A stretch of 32,000 nucleotides of DNA from Candidatus Electrothrix sp. GW3-4 (lineage in GTDB: Bacteria; Desulfobacterota; Desulfobulbia; Desulfobulbales; Desulfobulbaceae). This document shows positions 18,804 to 26,066 of the stretch, piece by piece. The notes under the pieces were generated by a model, which was not told the origin of the DNA, made no database searches, and worked only from the letters and a program-made list of their open reading frames with translations. Each line of letters begins with the position of its first letter. The stretch's first letter is position 1. Location of the stretch: the NCBI RefSeq assembly GCF_037902255.1, contig NZ_CP147990.1, forward strand, positions 3,480,001 through 3,512,000. The letters run 5' to 3'. The position numbers were made by a program, and so were the translations under genes.

Positions 18804-19271
18804 AGCCAGCCTCCGTCATGTATTATTAAGTAGGAAAGATAACTATCCTCATCTTTATATTAGCTCAAATCTGAAAAAGAACAAAGCAATTTTTAAAAAA
18901 AACATTCTCTACAATTTCGGATAAACAACAAGATCATTATCCCCCTCATCCAGACCGTGAAACGAACAGGCAAATCGTTCTTGCAGTTCCCCTTAAAATG
19001 GGCAATGAGGCTTCTGAAAAGGAATCTACGTCGAAAAATGCTAGCGAAAAGTTCTCTGTCTAGATAAAAAACGCAGGAGCCATCCATGTCTCATTCCTCA
19101 GCAAGAAAGGACTGTTGATAACCTTTCTCTTCTACCACAGCGAAGAAAAATTCCACAGAATAAGCACGATTGCCCTTGATAAAAAAAGCGGAACCTGCTA
19201 GAGCAGGGAAGAATTTATCTTGCGAACAACACAAGTACATTTTATCCAATCTGCTTAAAGAGGAAAAAATC

Positions 19272-20483
19272 ATGTCTCAGGAAATAATCACTCTCGCTGA
19301 TCGTGTATTACAGGTACCGCCCTCCCCTACCTTAGCGATCAATGCCAAGGCCAAGGCACTGAAAGCGGCAGGTGAGGATATTCTGAATTTCAGCGTTGGT
19401 GAACCGGATTTCGACACCCCGAAGCATGTGTGCGAGGCCGGTAAAAAGGCCATCGATGACGGGCATACCCGCTATACAGCGGTCCCTGGCATCCCGGAGC
19501 TACGGGAGGCTATCTGCATGCGTTTTAAGGCGGATCATGGCTGGGAGTATAGCCCGGAAGAGATCCAGGTCTGCTGTGGGGGCAAGCACGGTCTGTACAA
19601 TATCTTTCAGGCCATGCTCAACCCCGGTGATGAGGTGCTGATCCCGGCTCCCTACTGGGTCTCCTACCCGCCCATGGTCCAGCTGGCTGGCGGCATACCG
19701 GTCATTGTTCCTCTGGACGAATCTATGGATTTTGATCTGAACCCGGACACCCTGGCTGCCAAGGCAACTGACAAGACCCGTGCCATTTTTCTCAACAGCC
19801 CCTCTAATCCCACAGGTTCTGTCTTTTCCACCACCGCCCTTGAAGCCGTCGCCAAGATGGCTTTAGAACGAGGCTGGCTGATTATTACCGATGATATCTA
19901 TGAGACCGTCACCTATGTAGACGGCAAACTGCCCCATATCCTGGACGTGGAGCCTGCCCTGAAGGAGCAGACCGTTGTCCTGAATGGGGTTTCCAAGTCC
20001 TTTGCCATGACCGGTTGGCGAATCGGCTACTCTGCTGGCCCGGCCCATCTGATCAAGGCCATGAACAAGATACAGAGCCAGTCGACCTCCAACCCGGCTG
20101 CACCGTCCCAGTATGCTGCCTTGGCAGCCTTGACCGGCCCCCAGGATTTTCCCGAGGTGATGAAAAAGGCTTTCCTGCCCCGCCGTGATTTTTTTGTCAG
20201 CGACCTGGAATCCATTGAAGGCGTTACCTGCGTGAATCCCAGCGGGGCCTTTTATGTGTTCCCAAATTTTTCTGCCTATTACGGTAAATCTTTTAATGGA
20301 AAAGAGCTGAAAGACTCTGCTGATATGTCAGCCTACTTTCTGGATGAAGCCAAGGTTGCTTCTGTGCCGGGCATTGCCTTTGGTTCTGATGACTTTGTGC
20401 GCTTCTCCTTTGCTACTTCTATGGAGGTTATTAAGGAAGGAATGGGACGGATTAAGACGGCTCTGGCTGAGCTTGAGGGCTGA
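19272..20483 (+). CDS. Class I/II pyridoxal-phosphate-dependent aminotransferase (aspartate aminotransferase-like)
   Basis: The start is moved to the ATG at 19272 (MSQEIITLADRV...). The PLP-lysine motif is NGVSKSFAMTGWRIGY. N-terminal FSVGEPDFDTP. About 403 aa. Confidence 0.93.
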   Translation: MSQEIITLADRVLQVPPSPTLAINAKAKALKAAGEDILNFSVGEPDFDTPKHVCEAGKKAIDDGHTRYTAVPGIPELREAICMRFKADHGWEYSPEEIQVCCGGKHGLYNIFQAMLNPGDEVLIPAPYWVSYPPMVQLAGGIPVIVPLDESMDFDLNPDTLAAKATDKTRAIFLNSPSNPTGSVFSTTALEAVAKMALERGWLIITDDIYETVTYVDGKLPHILDVEPALKEQTVVLNGVSKSFAMTGWRIGYSAGPAHLIKAMNKIQSQSTSNPAAPSQYAALAALTGPQDFPEVMKKAFLPRRDFFVSDLESIEGVTCVNPSGAFYVFPNFSAYYGKSFNGKELKDSADMSAYFLDEAKVASVPGIAFGSDDFVRFSFATSMEVIKEGMGRIKTALAELEG

Positions 20484-20493
20484 GCTTACAACA

Positions 20494-20512
20494 GGGCGAC
20501 CGCCGGTCGCCC
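20494..20512 (+). other. GC-rich hairpin 11 nt after the aminotransferase stop (terminator-like, no U-tract)
   Basis: GGGCGACC-gcc-GGTCGCCC, followed by CTACCC. Confidence 0.4.
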
Positions 20513-20648
20513 CTACCCAAGTATCATCCACCCTCCGTCCCGAACGTCTGCTCCAGCTTGTTGAGCAAGGCATCATCACGGGGCAGAGTGATATTGTCTT
20601 GACGGGCAAGGTGCTGGCTTTGCTTCCTTTATGCTGAATCGTTCTCAC

Positions 20649-20885
20649 CTTGTCAATCATGACAAAACATAAGATTTTTACCATCCTGCGATAGAAAAGC
20701 ATGGTTCTTCCCTGGTGCAGGACGATGCTGAACCTGTTTTACGGCGTCCTGCACCTCCTCTGAATCATTCAAAGGGAGGAAATCATGACGGTGCGCTATA
20801 ATTTTGCCATCATTCGGTAGTGTTTTGTCATGATTCGACACAAATTGATCATCATTCACAAGGGGACGGTCATTCTTCGATAGTG
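20649..20885. repeat. Repeat-dense non-coding module: 15-bp perfect inverted repeat pair, four tandem 21-bp units and further copies of a TTTTGYCATSATT motif
   Basis: AATCATGACAAAACA (20655-20669) is the exact reverse complement of TGTTTTGTCATGATT (20821-20835). Tandem units start at 20802, 20823, 20844 and 20865, and all share CAT..(A/C)TTC. Related copies are at 20676-20687, 20763-20774 and 20781-20793. Confidence 0.7.
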
Positions 20886-21035
20886 CAGAGCCGTTCAGCA
20901 CAGGGGGATGATGGTTCGTATCTTGTGACGGAAGATAATTCCCTGGAGGATAGCCCTTCGCCCCCTGTGACGCAGGATAATCCCCTTGGGGAGAATGCCT
21001 CGGATGCAGGGGAGGAAGGGGCGGAGAAGGGAAAG

Positions 21036-21347
21036 CTAGCTACGGAATTTGCGCATCTTCTTCACCAGCTCGTTGTCCTTGCCCAGCAGACCGGAAATCA
21101 GGTCGGCAACGTCGGAGGCATCCTTGTAAGCATCGGTAAGAGTCTCGTTGGCCTGGGTCGTGGCTTCCTGCGCCTTGGCAGCCGCTTCCTGCTGGGTGAT
21201 TTCCGCGCTGTCCGCATCCTGCTTTTTCACCTTGAGGCTGTCCAGCCGATCAGCCGGGTTGAAGCCCTTGTCTTGCAGGGTATCCTGCTCTTCTTGGACA
21301 AGCGAGATCATCTGCGCGATAAAATCGCGTTTTTCTGCTTCAGTCAT
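21036..21347 (-). CDS. Hypothetical 103-aa helical protein (Ala/Glu/Gln/Lys/Asp-rich), no family recognised
   Basis: Excellent SD AAGGAGA 6 nt before the ATG. Starts 35 nt after the stop of the 561-aa gene on the same strand. Confidence 0.75.
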   Translation of the reverse strand: MTEAEKRDFIAQMISLVQEEQDTLQDKGFNPADRLDSLKVKKQDADSAEITQQEAAAKAQEATTQANETLTDAYKDASDVADLISGLLGKDNELVKKMRKFRS

Positions 21348-21382
21348 TGTGCTCTCCTTGGTTTGAGGTTTTGGGTTGCGTT

Positions 21383-23068
21383 CTACGATGTTATATGTTT
21401 GAAGAGCAAGCCGGTTGGTGAGGCCCTCCGAGCTTTTTCCTTCACCGCAATCTCAGAAAACTTTGTTTTGATGTCTTTGAAGTTTGGTACTCCACCCGTC
21501 ATACCGAGGAGTGCTGAAGCCGCGCCAAGTTCTGGACTTCCGGTAAAGGCGGCAGTGACAGCTAATGTGCCGGTCGCAACAAAACTGCCGATATCGATCC
21601 CGTAAAGTTTCAGCTTTTTGCGTTTTGCCTCAAGCAATTTTTGTTGATGCTCACGGAATGCCTTGTCAATATTCTCTACTACTTGATCAGCGGTACGGAA
21701 ATAGTTGTTTGGGTTAACCTTGACAAGTTCACTGACACCGTGCCCTAAAATCTCTCGGATTTCTTCAGCATGTCCATGTTGACGAACCTCCAGAACAGTT
21801 TTCGGCGGAACGTTTCCAAGCCACGCCAAGTTGTTTTCACTTTCAGTAACAAGGGCGCGGGCGATATGCATACTTTGCTCGCGTCGTTCATCTATTGAAT
21901 GTGGGGCTGCGTTATATTCCAGCAGCCATGTGTAATAGAGCCAGGAGATCTCTGTATTGATCAACGGGGTTCCACCGAGGAGCAATGCATTATCCTGAGT
22001 GGCGAGTGCCTGAAGTGTTCGATCAGCACATGCATTTAATACATGGTGCCCAGCAATTCTAGAATCTAAGTCCGGTCTCACAATAGGGTACTCGGATATT
22101 AGACCATGTAATTGCGCATGTGGATTCCGATTCCATCCAGCAGAGAATAGGAATTTGTCAGCACCTTTGATCTCACGCAAAACTTGCTCAACTGTAGTCA
22201 GGCTGTTGCAAAAGTCTTTGAAATACTCAATTGAGTCAAAATCACGTCCAAAGAGGTATTGAGCATGTTTCAACATTGCAGGTTCGGAACGTTTTCCTAT
22301 ATGCTGAATGCAAGTTCTCTCTATCTCATTGGTATTCGCTAGCACTAAGGCGATCGGGGGATTTATGTCAGCTATTGCCAGCTCCCGATAGGACATGGCT
22401 GTAAGAACATGCTCCACAACCATCTCAGTGAACTCTTGGGCTGGCATAGCCTTCAGTAGAGGAGCTGTGCGCATGACTGGACATGGCAAAATAATGGTAT
22501 CGATGTACAGCCCTGCGGTGGAGACTACATTTTCCCGATATGAGGGAAACAAGTCACCTGCAAAGGTCGCCTTGAGTTGCCGCCCATCTTGGAGATGATA
22601 TGCGCCTGCATCGCTGACAGATTGCCAAAACTCCTTTAACTGCTCGGCAATTTCAGGAATGACAGATACGATTTGCTTTACAAATTTTGAATCCTGAGCC
22701 ATCCCCATTGCAACTTGTTCTGGCGTTGCTCCCGCTTTGCTCATCTGTTCATAGAGCCATCCAAGCTGATCGAAGAGAAAAGAGAAATAGGTGTCTTGAA
22801 TCTGCGCCAGACTTACAGCTTCTTTTGCCTTTTCTCTTTGTTTCATACCCCAAATAGCCAATGTCGCACTCCGTATACGTCCGTCAACCGAGTTCGGATC
22901 AACTAAGCCATCCGGGCGAAGGCGCACTGCGGACCAGCTTCGCATGAAATCGTCGGCGAGGTGCGGTGCAAGATGCATTTCTCCACCCTCAATCTTTTCT
23001 TTAAGCAGAAAAACTCTATCAGTGAGGTCTTGAATTTCTTCTTCTGTGTATGTTTTTGAAGACATCAC
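21383..23068 (-). CDS. Hypothetical 561-aa protein, no family recognised; C-terminal Gly/Ala/Thr-rich hydrophobic hairpin
   Basis: Long uninterrupted ORF with AGGA upstream of GTG 23068 / ATG 23065. No P-loop, HExxH, DxD or nuclease motif was seen. The C-terminus reads YGIDIGSFVATGTLAVTAAFTGSPELGAASALLGMTGGVPNF. Confidence 0.9.
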   Translation of the reverse strand: MMSSKTYTEEEIQDLTDRVFLLKEKIEGGEMHLAPHLADDFMRSWSAVRLRPDGLVDPNSVDGRIRSATLAIWGMKQREKAKEAVSLAQIQDTYFSFLFDQLGWLYEQMSKAGATPEQVAMGMAQDSKFVKQIVSVIPEIAEQLKEFWQSVSDAGAYHLQDGRQLKATFAGDLFPSYRENVVSTAGLYIDTIILPCPVMRTAPLLKAMPAQEFTEMVVEHVLTAMSYRELAIADINPPIALVLANTNEIERTCIQHIGKRSEPAMLKHAQYLFGRDFDSIEYFKDFCNSLTTVEQVLREIKGADKFLFSAGWNRNPHAQLHGLISEYPIVRPDLDSRIAGHHVLNACADRTLQALATQDNALLLGGTPLINTEISWLYYTWLLEYNAAPHSIDERREQSMHIARALVTESENNLAWLGNVPPKTVLEVRQHGHAEEIREILGHGVSELVKVNPNNYFRTADQVVENIDKAFREHQQKLLEAKRKKLKLYGIDIGSFVATGTLAVTAAFTGSPELGAASALLGMTGGVPNFKDIKTKFSEIAVKEKARRASPTGLLFKHITS

Positions 23069-23364
23069 TGTTCATCCTGAGAGTTGATATGTTTGATCTG
23101 GAGCTGCTGTGTTCGGGAAGGCATGGCGTTCTCCTGATTGAGGAAATATTTGCCGGAAGAAGAGAAGTATCCTGAAAAGATACCCAATAATCAGCATCGG
23201 TTCAATATACTTCTCAATCTTTTCGAGCTGGAAAAACGGCATGCTTCATATACCCAAAAAAAAGACACTTCGCGTACTCCTCATCTTGCCTTCCCTCTCT
23301 CCTCATATCATGCTATACCATAGGGCATGCTAGCAACCTACCAACCAAAACGTTGACACACCCA

Positions 23365-23829
23365 ATGGATCTCTTAGCAGAATTCTCCCAACTTGTTCAT
23401 GAACTCAACAAAGAACAGATAGACTATGCCCTTTGCGGTGGTCTGGCTATGGCAGTCTATACATTTCCTCGGGCAACGCTTGATATTGATATCCTGATTG
23501 AGCCGGAGAGCCTGGAACAAACCAAAAAGATCGCCGAACGGCTTGGATTCGACTTTGATGCTGGCTTGATGCGTTTGAGCGGAGATGCAATACAAATCTA
23601 CCGACTGACGAAAACAGCACCGGATAAGGGCGACACCTTGATGCTGGATATGCTGCTGGTGACTCTGGAAATGACAACCGTCTGGGAAAGCAGGCAAAGG
23701 GTTTCCTGGGAAGGAGGAAAGCTACCAGTGGTTTCTCCAAGGGGGCTTATCGAATTAAAATCAAAACGACTGAGCGGTCAGGATCAGGATGATATCACGA
23801 ATCTGCGGAGCTTATTAGATGAAGACTGA
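23365..23829 (+). CDS. Minimal nucleotidyltransferase-fold protein (pol-beta superfamily)
   Basis: YALCGGLAMAVY...LDIDILI fits the hG[GS]-x(9-13)-DhD NTase signature. The C-terminal LIELKSKRLSGQDQDDITNL resembles the KxxxGRxKDxxD tail common in small NTases. The start is either the ATG at 23365 or the track's TTG at 23353. No clear SD. Confidence 0.75.
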   Translation: MDLLAEFSQLVHELNKEQIDYALCGGLAMAVYTFPRATLDIDILIEPESLEQTKKIAERLGFDFDAGLMRLSGDAIQIYRLTKTAPDKGDTLMLDMLLVTLEMTTVWESRQRVSWEGGKLPVVSPRGLIELKSKRLSGQDQDDITNLRSLLDED

Positions 23830-24007
23830 CATGAGCCCGGAGGCAGTTACTGCACGGCTAAAAAAAACAAGCGAGCTGAGAAGCTTATGCATCTCATTAG
23901 GTGGCGACAGATTAAAAAAAGAGCTACTGAAAAAGGCTACTGTGCGAGCAAAGCAGGTAGAACAACAGTCTCAGCATGACAGGATAGCCCACCTAACACA
24001 GGACTGA
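23819..24007 (+). CDS. Small hypothetical protein (62 aa, or 58 aa from the ATG at 23831), overlapping/abutting the NTase stop
   Basis: The ATG at 23819 overlaps the NTase 3' end by 11 nt. The alternative ATG at 23831 lies 1 nt after the TGA. The protein is basic and helical (MSPEAVTARLKKTSELRSLCISLGG...). Confidence 0.5.
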   Translation: MKTDMSPEAVTARLKKTSELRSLCISLGGDRLKKELLKKATVRAKQVEQQSQHDRIAHLTQD

Positions 24008-24156
24008 CGTTAAACAAAACCGCTCCACATCCACCAACCCTCTATCTGTCGTCTTCAACTCCAGAATAACCGGCAAGGCCATAAAAGAAAGCTGCATGAT
24101 ATAAAGAGAGGTCCGCTCTCCTTGAAGGAGTAGAGATTGAAATAAAATGACTATTT

Positions 24157-25326
24157 TCACTCAGACCGCAAAGCCGTAATAGGATCCAGCTTGGCCGCCT
24201 TATGAGCAGGGTAAAAACCGAAGAAAATGCCGACCAGTGATGAAACGCCTACCCCCAGCCAAATGCCCATCTTAGGCATAAAAAAGGTCCATTCATTGAC
24301 GGAGCAGACAATATAACAGGCCAGAATCCCTAACCCTGCCCCTAAAACGCCCCCGATCAGAGAAAGAAGAACGGCCTCGGTTAAAAATTGACGACGAATA
24401 TCGCGCTGCCTTGCCCCGATGGCACGGAGAATACCAATTTCCCGACGTCGATCAATCACGGAGGTGAGCATGACATTCATAATGCCGACTCCACCGACTA
24501 AGAGAGAAATTATACTGATAATACCGAGCAATAAGGTCTGCATAGATGCCTGCTCTCTAATTTCCTCAATCCTTTGTTCATTCGCTCGCACGTGAACTTT
24601 CATGTCTGCCTGCGGTTTGCTCTGCTTGAAATATTCTTCAATTTCCTTGGTTGCAACCCGAAAATCTACATTTGGTCGCATTCTGGCGAGTACATAATTC
24701 ACATGCTTCACACCCAAATGACGGGTTGCGGTAGAGATAGGCATAATAATCGACCGATTAGCAGACCAATCATGGGTTGTTCTCTCCAGCGTGCCAATTA
24801 TCGTATACGGTCTGTTATTTAACCTCATCACACTTCCGACGTATTTATCACTCCCCCCCTTAAACTCCTCTTCATCCAACGCTGCTGCACCAATAACCAC
24901 ATAGGACTTGTCCTTGTCCAGCGACGAGATAAACCTTCCTGCTTTGATATGCAACCTACTCATAGCCTTGTGCGAGGAAATGGTCCCTATAATACCAACC
25001 ATTCCCTGTTGACCGCGAAAATGGTACTCAAGATAACCGGTAATAACCGGTAGCACTTCTGCAAGGGTCTGACTCCGCTCAAGCAAAGAGGACGCATCTT
25101 CCAGCGTGACCCCTTCATAATTTTTCTCGGAATAGACCCAAATCTTCAAAATATCAGGACCTGCCTCAGAAACCTTACGAAGCATCTCCTCACCCCAGAT
25201 AATGCCGATGGAAACCAGGGCAATCACAGCACCAATAGCAATGCTGATACCGATTAAGGCCAACAGGGTTCGCTGTTTCGCGGTATACAGGCTGCGGACC
25301 GCTTCTCGCACATAGGTCAACAACAT
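24157..25326 (-). CDS. ABC transporter permease, MacB/FtsX (LolC/DevC-like) family
   Basis: The start is moved to the ATG at 25326, 2 nt after the ATPase stop (MLLTYVREAVRSLY...). An N-terminal TM helix, a large periplasmic domain, then 3 TM helices. The C-terminus YPAHKAAKLDPITALRSE is typical of FtsX-type permeases. Confidence 0.93.
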   Translation of the reverse strand: MLLTYVREAVRSLYTAKQRTLLALIGISIAIGAVIALVSIGIIWGEEMLRKVSEAGPDILKIWVYSEKNYEGVTLEDASSLLERSQTLAEVLPVITGYLEYHFRGQQGMVGIIGTISSHKAMSRLHIKAGRFISSLDKDKSYVVIGAAALDEEEFKGGSDKYVGSVMRLNNRPYTIIGTLERTTHDWSANRSIIMPISTATRHLGVKHVNYVLARMRPNVDFRVATKEIEEYFKQSKPQADMKVHVRANEQRIEEIREQASMQTLLLGIISIISLLVGGVGIMNVMLTSVIDRRREIGILRAIGARQRDIRRQFLTEAVLLSLIGGVLGAGLGILACYIVCSVNEWTFFMPKMGIWLGVGVSSLVGIFFGFYPAHKAAKLDPITALRSE

Positions 25327-25328
25327 GG

Positions 25329-25991
25329 CTACCGCAACACCCCATCTTCTATAACCACATGGCGGGAACATTGCCGGGCAATCTTCTCATCATGGGTGAT
25401 GATAATAATGGTCATGCCCTCTTCCTGATTGAGGCGTATGAACAGGTCCATGATCTCTTTACTCACATGGGAATCCAGGGCACCGGTGGGTTCATCGGCA
25501 AGGACGATTGCCGGGTTACCGATTAAGGCACGGGCAATGGCAACACGCTGCTGCTGACCACCGGACAACTCATCAGGACGATGGGTGGCACGATCAGCCA
25601 ACCCCATTTTCTCTAGCATCGCCAAAGAACGGCGATGTATTTCCTTGGGCGGCACCTTGCTGTAGCGGAGCGGACAGCCAATATTTTCAAGAGCTGTCAG
25701 GCGTTGCAGGAGATAGAACGACTGGAAGACAAAGCCTATTTTCTGATTTCGCATCGCAGCGAGTTCATCATCACTGCAATGCTGCACCTCCTTATTATCC
25801 AGCCAGTATCGCCCGCGTGTCGGTTTATCCAGCAGCCCCATAATGCTCATCAAGGTAGATTTGCCGCTTCCCGAAGAACCGGTAACTGCCAGCAGGTCCC
25901 TCTGCTGAACATCAAGATTAATCCCCTTGAGGACAGGCATCATCTCCTGACCGACCTGATAGGACTTGTACAGATCACGTATTTTCAGCAT
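25329..25991 (-). CDS. ABC transporter ATP-binding protein (MacB/LolD/DevA-like)
   Basis: Walker A GSSGSGKST, signature LSGGQQQRVAIARAL, Walker B VLADEPTGALD, H-loop IIITHD. Confidence 0.97.
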   Translation of the reverse strand: MLKIRDLYKSYQVGQEMMPVLKGINLDVQQRDLLAVTGSSGSGKSTLMSIMGLLDKPTRGRYWLDNKEVQHCSDDELAAMRNQKIGFVFQSFYLLQRLTALENIGCPLRYSKVPPKEIHRRSLAMLEKMGLADRATHRPDELSGGQQQRVAIARALIGNPAIVLADEPTGALDSHVSKEIMDLFIRLNQEEGMTIIIITHDEKIARQCSRHVVIEDGVLR

Positions 25992-26044
25992 AATGTTTCA
26001 TGGCTGCATTCGACAAAAATTTCTTAATGTAAAGAGATACCGCA

Positions 26045-26066
26045 AGGGTACGGCATGCCGTACCCT
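26045..26066. repeat. 22-bp perfect palindrome between the adaptor and ATPase genes
   Basis: AGGGTACGGCA|TGCCGTACCCT. It overlaps the adaptor stop codon (26065-26067) by 2 nt. Confidence 0.9.

Noticed and set aside
20494-20505. 12-nt identity GGGCGACCGCCG between the post-aminotransferase hairpin and 30953-30964 inside the RAYT remnant, suggesting a RAYT-REP link
   Set aside because: By rough estimate, tens of 12-mer coincidences are expected by chance in a 32-kb window. The second site does not form the hairpin. The idea is kept only as a prompt for a genome-wide REP search.
20525-20532. CATCCACC shared with 24028-24035, considered as att-like direct repeats flanking the accessory block
   Set aside because: It is only an 8-bp exact match with patchy similarity beyond. 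Such a match between two ~100-bp regions is not improbable by chance.
20653-20901. 82-aa minus-strand ORF whose translation shows a 7-residue periodicity (LSKNDRP LVNDDQF VSNHDKT LPNDGKI IAHRHDF LPLNDSE)
   Set aside because: The heptad period is the direct consequence of the 21-bp DNA repeats. It has a GTG start, no SD, and sits 135 nt after the upstream gene. It also contains an 11-bp perfect hairpin and ends inside the 15-bp inverted repeat. I treat it as non-coding but could not exclude a repeat peptide. Conservation analysis would decide.
20820-21605. 261-aa plus-strand ORF
   Set aside because: Beyond 21036 it runs antisense to the well-signalled 103-aa gene (strong SD) and into the 3' end of the 561-aa gene. 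The antisense strand of Ala/Glu/Lys-rich helical genes is often open by chance. Its start is non-ATG with no SD. Only its first ~70 codons lie in otherwise unassigned DNA.
23072-23323. Two mutually antisense small ORFs in the divergent region (56 aa minus strand at 23072-23242; 61 aa plus strand at 23138-23323)
   Set aside because: Neither has an SD, and they exclude each other. They are not listed as features. The minus-strand one is mentioned only as a possibility under the operon finding.
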